Program-made: the position numbers and the translations under genes
IMG/VR virus record: IMGVR_UViG_3300021399_000111
Location: 32,001 to 96,000 of that record
Direction: 5' to 3' (one strand)
Origin: a virus
Taxonomy: Duplodnaviria > Caudoviricetes
Length of the DNA stretch: 64,000 bases
Shown here: piece after piece, positions 58,868 to 64,000 of the stretch
How the letters are laid out: every line of letters begins with the position of its first letter
Numbering within the stretch: the stretch's first letter is position 1
Notes under the pieces: generated by a model
What the model was told of the DNA's origin: nothing
The model's input: only the letters and a program-made list of their open reading frames with translations
Database searches by the model: none

Positions 58868-60318
58868 TAGTATACAGCTAAATATCTCTCAGAAAGAAGA
58901 ATATCAAGCATAAGTTCCATTCCATTCTTCCCTGTTGCCACCTGTTTAAAAATCAGCGGAGAAGATCCACTAACAAAAGAGACATTAGGGCCGAGATCAA
59001 GGAATGTATCATTACGAGCATCTACATTCCAATAAACCAACCGAGGCATTTTAAGCCCAACTGCTTCCCACTCTTTCCGCATGATTTCCATTTCTGTGGC
59101 AGTTCTTTCCTCGCTCCAGCTTCCCACAGTCATAGCATTAATTTCCATATCGGAAATAACTACAACAGTATCAAGGCGGTCTTCAGGCTTTGCCGCAAGA
59201 CTTGCTTGCTTAAGAAGTCTGAAGGTTTTTACAAGGTCTGTATCTTCACAGAGATTAGTGCGATAAATGCGGCGAACCTTATCTACAAAATCAACACCTT
59301 CAATTTTGATTAATTGAGGGCGAGAACTAAAACTAATGTAGTGGTTCTTAAAAGGACCTCCAATGCGTTCCGCACAATACATGCCAAGCCCAATAGCCAT
59401 ATCAATAGGAGTTCCATGCATTGAACCAGAAGTATCAACGACACAGATCATCTTACAAGGTTCGCCCTGTAAAACATCAATTTGATTCTCCCAATACTTT
59501 TCAAGCATTAATCTATCTGTATCACTGATATTGTAAGGGTAAGCCTTATGAACAATTTCATAAGGATAAAGCGCTCCAGCGTTCACCTTAGAATTCTTAT
59601 CCTGCGCGAATGCTTCATATTTCTTTGCAATAATATCTCTACGAGCAAAAGCATTGCGATAAATAAGACCCGCCTTAGAAGGGATTTTATCAAATTCAAT
59701 TTCATCCCAACGATTTTCACTCATAAGTTTTTCAATAATATTGATGCGAGAGCGCAGAGTAGAAAGTACTTTTCTATACTCTTTGTGAGTAAAACCAAGT
59801 GCTTCCCGCACGGCATTACCAGCCCTTTTAGTTTCTGCGGAAGATGCATTTTCAGAAGGAAGCCATTTTGCAAGTAAGCTAGGTGTCTTGCAATCTGCAT
59901 CAAGAGCAAGCTGATGAGTAATAATCAGCATAGCCTCATTCCATACGGGAGTATCAAGAGTAGTATAAATTAAGTCATCCCATCTACCATATTCAGACAC
60001 ATTTTCAAGATTGCGGCGGGCTGCCTCAGGGAAATTCTTGGCAAGCCAATTAAAGCACACACGAAAGAACCTACGCTCCCCCTGCCCGCCGCGAATATCA
60101 CGAAGATAAAATAAACACTTTAAAGCAATAGATTCATTCTCTTCAAAAGCATTTTTAAATGCAAGAATACAATCTTCATCAGAGCGTTTTCTATATGCTC
60201 CGCAAAGTGCAAACATATCCAAAATCGCACTTCTAGTTGTATTATGCTTCAATCCGCCATTCTCAGTATATCCAAAATTAGTAGTTTCAATTAAAGCATC
60301 AAGTAATGAATTCATCAT
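58867..60318 (-). CDS. DUF2828 family TROVE-like + vWA protein (Ro60-like architecture)
   Basis: TENG, LFYLRDIRGGQGER, YGRWDDL and AKWLP motifs; vWA MIDAS DTSGSM, ISDME and VYWNV. Confidence 0.85.
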   Translation of the reverse strand: MMNSLLDALIETTNFGYTENGGLKHNTTRSAILDMFALCGAYRKRSDEDCILAFKNAFEENESIALKCLFYLRDIRGGQGERRFFRVCFNWLAKNFPEAARRNLENVSEYGRWDDLIYTTLDTPVWNEAMLIITHQLALDADCKTPSLLAKWLPSENASSAETKRAGNAVREALGFTHKEYRKVLSTLRSRINIIEKLMSENRWDEIEFDKIPSKAGLIYRNAFARRDIIAKKYEAFAQDKNSKVNAGALYPYEIVHKAYPYNISDTDRLMLEKYWENQIDVLQGEPCKMICVVDTSGSMHGTPIDMAIGLGMYCAERIGGPFKNHYISFSSRPQLIKIEGVDFVDKVRRIYRTNLCEDTDLVKTFRLLKQASLAAKPEDRLDTVVVISDMEINAMTVGSWSEERTATEMEIMRKEWEAVGLKMPRLVYWNVDARNDTFLDLGPNVSFVSGSSPLIFKQVATGKNGMELMLDILLSERYLAVY

Positions 60319-60546
60319 TTTCCTTTTTCTCCTTTTTCCTATTGGAAGGCTATTTTCATAACCAAAAAAAATAAGGGATAAAATATTAAAACAATAGTAA
60401 TATTTTCTAGATTATTTCTAGGGGCAAATCTGTTTTGAAAATATTTTCTTGTTTTAATATTATCCCAAAATGGCGCCAAATACTGTTAATTTTCTTTATC
60501 CCAACAATAAGAATTGCAGTAAGCCCCTTTTAAAACAATATAAAAC

Positions 60547-60612
60547 AAGACACAAAAATAATAATATTATCAAAAAAATATTTGTTATTTATAATTTTGC
60601 TGTATGTGTCTT
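60547..60612 (-). ncRNA. Putative structured RNA: stem AAGACACA/TGTGTCTT with unpaired TACAGCAA
   Basis: 8-bp terminal stem plus inner A/U stem; begins 3 nt after tRNA-Thr; motif echoed at 60514-60528. Confidence 0.45.
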
Positions 60613-60615
60613 AAT

Positions 60616-60688
60616 AGCCGCCAGAGGGACTTGAACCCCCAACCCTTTCATTACAAGTGAAATGCTCTACCAATTGAGCCATGGCGGC
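60616..60688 (-). tRNA. tRNA-Thr(TGT)
   Basis: Cloverleaf GCCGCCA/TGGCGGC; anticodon arm TTTCA-CT TGT AA-TGAAA; no encoded CCA. Confidence 0.93.
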
Positions 60689-60701
60689 AAATGGATTAGA
60701 C

Positions 60702-61001
60702 TTATTCAGTCTTTTCCGTTTTAGCAGACTTTTCCTCTGCCTTAGCTCGCTCAGCCTTAATCTTTTCAGCCTTTGCGATGAGAGCTTTATTAGTGCATCT
60801 TTTGTTATCTACGGCGTCAATAAGATGATCTTCCGCCATAAGACGCTCCTGATAAAGCTGTTCACTATGCTTTGTCATTTCTGGCACGGAAAGAGATTTC
60901 ATACTCCGTACCATATTCTGAAATCTACGAAAAGTATCCGCAGAAGGCATTACATGCTTTACATCATTTACTGTTGAAATTTTAACTTCATTCTTTGCCA
61001 T
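60702..61001 (-). CDS. Hypothetical basic protein
   Basis: 99-aa ORF with AAGGA SD and promoter at 61041-61069. Confidence 0.6.
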   Translation of the reverse strand: MAKNEVKISTVNDVKHVMPSADTFRRFQNMVRSMKSLSVPEMTKHSEQLYQERLMAEDHLIDAVDNKRCTNKALIAKAEKIKAERAKAEEKSAKTEKTE

Positions 61002-61106
61002 TTTTCTTTTCCTTTTTCTTTTGTTTCATTTTCTATAAATATTATAACAAAAATTTTATTAAAAATCAACTTTATGTTACTACACTCCCCACAAGAGTAT
61101 AAAGAA

Positions 61107-61457
61107 TGGAGATGACGGGAGTCGAACCCGTGTCTTGAAACCTTACTAATTATCAACCTTTTACGCAATAGTGTTTTTAAAGTGTTCTCTCACTTTTCGA
61201 GCTTTTCCTACTTCCACCACTTTATTTTGAGAAAATAAAGAAAACAATGTGTTTTTTATTCATAAAATCAAGCATTGACCAAACACGAGGAATAACTTGA
61301 AGTTCCATTAAAGAACTCAAGCAGCTGCCTGAGCAAGTCTTCTAGGAAAGTTTACAATTTTCTTGTCGTTTAAATTTATAGGTTGGTTGCATAACGCGCA
61401 TACCATTTCGTGCGAGTTAATAATATTCAAGCCCCAATCGATAGCCATTTCATCCCC
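61107..61457 (-). ncRNA. ssrA: tmRNA; tag peptide (A)DKKIVNFPRRLAQAAA
   Basis: 5' GGGGATG pairs with 3' CATCTCCA including G3.U70; T-arm ACGGG-TTCGACT-CCCGT; tag ORF 61367-61317 ends in Ala-Ala-Ala then stop; 351 nt. Confidence 0.92.
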
Positions 61458-61609
61458 TTAACATCTCGGTTTGTCGATAACCGAAAACGCCAATGGTGTA
61501 GCTATATGCTCAAAGAACCTAGGCTCACTCTTTAAAAGTTAGATCTGCTCTACCCAAGCGACTTCCCATTGGATTAATCATTCTGCGGAAATTGCTAACT
61601 CCCGCATAG

Positions 61610-61680
61610 CAGCGGATACAGGAGTCGGACCTGTACGACATGAGTCAAAGTCATGTGTCCTACCATTAGACTAATCCGCC
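61610..61680 (-). tRNA. tRNA-Gln(TTG)
   Basis: Anticodon arm CATGA-CT TTG AC-TCATG; variant T-loop TCCGACT. Confidence 0.88.
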
Positions 61681-61775
61681 ATAAGGGCTTTAAAAAAATG
61701 TTCACGATTTCACGCGGATCTAGTTTACGCACCCCTGCCTTGTTCTAGAATTGACAGGTTTCTACTAGATCCGCA

Positions 61776-61850
61776 TCGGGGTAGCGGGATTCGAACCCAC
61801 GACCTCGTGTACCCAAAACACGCGCTCTAGCCAAACTGAGCCATACCCCG
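61776..61850 (-). tRNA. tRNA-Pro(TGG)
   Basis: CGGGGTA/TACCCCG acceptor stem; CGTGT-TT TGG GT-ACACG anticodon arm. Confidence 0.95.
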
Positions 61851-62093
61851 AGATACTCTAAGTAGATATAATGTATCGCGACCCATCATTTATTTTAAGA
61901 TTTGTAGCTCTCAAACCTCATTATATCTGAACTTAAAGTATAGAACAATTCATGCCGCATCTATCTGAAACTTGCCACGATATTTCCCTTTTGTAAGAGC
62001 TATAATATGCAAAAAGGAAAATAAAAAAGTTATTTATTCTATTGCTATGCTTTTGCATTTATAAAAACAAATAACTTTCTTTATCTATAAATA

Positions 62094-62122
62094 ATTATAA
62101 CAAAAATTTTGAAAAATGTCAA
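62094..62122 (-). promoter_or_regulatory. Sigma-A promoter for the Pro-Gln-tmRNA cluster
   Basis: TTGACA-17 bp-TATAAT. Confidence 0.8.
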
Positions 62123-62131
62123 AAATTTTAA

Positions 62132-62202
62132 CAGGCTCTGTAGGAATCGAACCCACATCTAAGGATTTGGAGTCTATTATGTTACCATTACACCAAGAGC
62201 CC
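62132..62202 (-). tRNA. tRNA-Trp(CCA) with mismatched anticodon stem
   Basis: GGGCTCT/AGAGCCT acceptor; loop CT CCA AA; intact T-arm; anticodon stem ATAGA/TCCTT has two mismatches. Confidence 0.8.
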
Positions 62203-62286
62203 ATAATTAACGCATATTTTATGCGTTAATTTATTTTTTATTGTATATATATTATAACAAATATTTTTTATAATGTCAAAAATTTT

Positions 62287-64000
62287 TTATGGACAATTAT
62301 TATATAATCTAATATGGTAACCAGTATTAGTATAACCATTTGTTATTGTTGTCCAAGTAATAGCGGTGCCTCTACCTACCATACGATTATCAGAATTTCT
62401 AAAAGGTGTTAAATCATTACAATAAATAGTAAACCAACCTAATCTTGAAGATTGTGTATTAAATATGTTTTCTAATGCAGATGGCCTGTTCAATCCATTT
62501 TTAAAGAAAAGATTACAGTTAAGATAAGAACTGCAGTTAGAAAACATATATTGTGTATTATATATATTATTTTGGATATACATATTTACTTGTCTTAAAT
62601 TACTGCAATTACGAAACATATAAGCGGTATTGTTAATAAAAGTGTCTTCTGGAATGTCGATTGGATAATTTAATTTTTTACATTGTGCAAATAATAATTG
62701 AGCATCTATTAATGTGACATTATTACCAAAAGTTATGCTTGTATTAAAATTGTTACAATTATTAAACATCATTGCCGCATTATTTATATAGACATTATCA
62801 AATATAATTGGTTGATTAAAGGAAAGGCAATTATTAAATGCAATATTTGCATAGTTAATTATACAATTTGAGAAATTAACTGGAGCATTATAAATGCTAC
62901 TTTGAAATAAAGCTGTTATACTACTTATTGTAGAATTATAAAAATTAAAATTAAAATTTTTATTCAAAGTAATTAAAGACCCTTGAAAATTTGTATTAAT
63001 TATATTTAAATTAGTAATGTATCCAGGGATTCTAAGATGTGTATATGTAAATAATGAATTACTAATATTAATCATTTTTAAATTATTACAATTATAAAAC
63101 ATATCAGTTACACCATCACTATGAGAATCAATATTAATATTTTCAATATTGATAGATATTAATTGATTGCAATTAGCAAACATATAATTAGGATACATTA
63201 TATTTATATTATTTAAATTTAATTGTTGAATGTTACTACAATTAGTAAACATACCTAGAGCATTTTGAATGTTTAAATTATTAATATCTATTTGAAATAA
63301 TGAAGTGCAATTATTAAACATCCGAGCTGCTGAAGTAAAAGTGGTTTGATCAGCAAAATTTATTTGTTCTAATTTTGTGCATTGATTAAACATGTTTTCA
63401 GCAATTATTCTGGCTTTATTATTTAAAGTAAAATGACTTAAGTTAGAACAACCACTAAACATTTCATGCATATCAATTAATTCATTTTCTTCTTCATTTA
63501 TAATAAAATTAATATTTGCATTTAAATTATTGCAATAGTCAAACATATAAGAGTAGTTAGTCCCTGTCATTTTAATATTTATATCGGTATTAAAATTAGA
63601 AAAACTAAACATACTACCCCCATCATTTATTGATAATATGTTTATTTCTTCTCCAAGATCAGTAAAGCAATGAATATTTCCATTAAAATTATAACAACCA
63701 TAAAACATACTATATGCAAAAATATTCGTTTCATTGGATATTCCATAAAAATTAATAGGACTGTTTAATGAATGACAACTAGCAAACATACCATTGCAAA
63801 ATAATGCATTTACTTTAGTCGTAGTACCCTCCATTTTAATTATATTAATTGGTGAATTTAAATTACTACAATCTACAAACATATTTTCACCATAAAAATG
63901 TAAATCTGTTGCTACAGATGGTAAAAATACGAAATTACTATTAACTGTTGTAAGTCGATTGCAATAACCAAACATGCCATTATACCATCCACCAGATGAT
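62287..64000 (-). CDS. BspA/DUF285-like leucine-rich repeat protein; 5'-truncated by window edge
   Basis: About 20 repeats of MFxxCxNL; frame remains open to the window end. Confidence 0.8.
   Translation of the reverse strand, partial: SSGGWYNGMFGYCNRLTTVNSNFVFLPSVATDLHFYGENMFVDCSNLNSPINIIKMEGTTTKVNALFCNGMFASCHSLNSPINFYGISNETNIFAYSMFYGCYNFNGNIHCFTDLGEEINILSINDGGSMFSFSNFNTDINIKMTGTNYSYMFDYCNNLNANINFIINEEENELIDMHEMFSGCSNLSHFTLNNKARIIAENMFNQCTKLEQINFADQTTFTSAARMFNNCTSLFQIDINNLNIQNALGMFTNCSNIQQLNLNNINIMYPNYMFANCNQLISINIENINIDSHSDGVTDMFYNCNNLKMINISNSLFTYTHLRIPGYITNLNIINTNFQGSLITLNKNFNFNFYNSTISSITALFQSSIYNAPVNFSNCIINYANIAFNNCLSFNQPIIFDNVYINNAAMMFNNCNNFNTSITFGNNVTLIDAQLLFAQCKKLNYPIDIPEDTFINNTAYMFRNCSNLRQVNMYIQNNIYNTQYMFSNCSSYLNCNLFFKNGLNRPSALENIFNTQSSRLGWFTIYCNDLTPFRNSDNRMVGRGTAITWTTITNGYTNTGYHIRLYNNCP

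Noticed and set aside
8865-61168. Numerous 60-116 aa ORFs overlapping larger genes or RNAs (e.g. 16507, 17086, 22938, 44098, 59548, 60681, 60968)
   Set aside because: Nested in or antisense to well-supported genes, tRNA or tmRNA; no RBS or protein motifs.
62287-62700. Diversity-generating retroelement target in the BspA-like gene or tail fibres
   Set aside because: No reverse transcriptase or template/variable repeat pair was visible in this window.
1-64000. Alternative genetic code (stop-codon recoding), as seen in some large gut phages
   Set aside because: Conserved genes are full length in code 11, TAG and TGA both end genes at expected positions, and no suppressor tRNA was seen.

Overview
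This is a 64-kb internal segment of a large, AT-rich tailed bacteriophage, read in the standard genetic code. The host is probably a flagellated Clostridia/Lachnospiraceae-type bacterium, inferred from the flagellin, sigma-A promoters and HPr. Bases 1-14.6 kb (+ strand) carry tail and fibre genes, a holin and RuvC. Bases 14.7-57.3 kb (- strand) carry a self-sufficient replication and nucleotide module (DnaE, primase, DnaB, SSB, RecJ, RecD-like, Sak4-like, LigA, GyrA/GyrB, RNase H, NrdD, dUTPase, ThyX-like), plus ClpP, PhoH, lysins, an HPr-like protein, an ADP-ribosylglycohydrolase and an RNA-repair cluster. Bases 58.9-64 kb carry a DUF2828/TROVE-vWA (Ro60-like) gene, four tRNAs, a tmRNA and a BspA-like repeat protein. 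Most notable: (1) The phage encodes both a flagellin (fliC) and a filament cap (fliD), 34 kb apart. Both lack a sigma-28 promoter, sit behind phage-type promoters, and keep tandem CsrA-type GGA hairpins. (2) The Ro60-like gene is preceded by motif-sharing stem-loops and lies among further unannotated structured RNAs next to RNA ligase, kinase and phosphatase genes. (3) A second promoter class, a family of GC-rich REP-like hairpins and a strong excess of CCGC/GCGG are visible in the non-coding and compositional signal. All calls are by eye; no searches were run.
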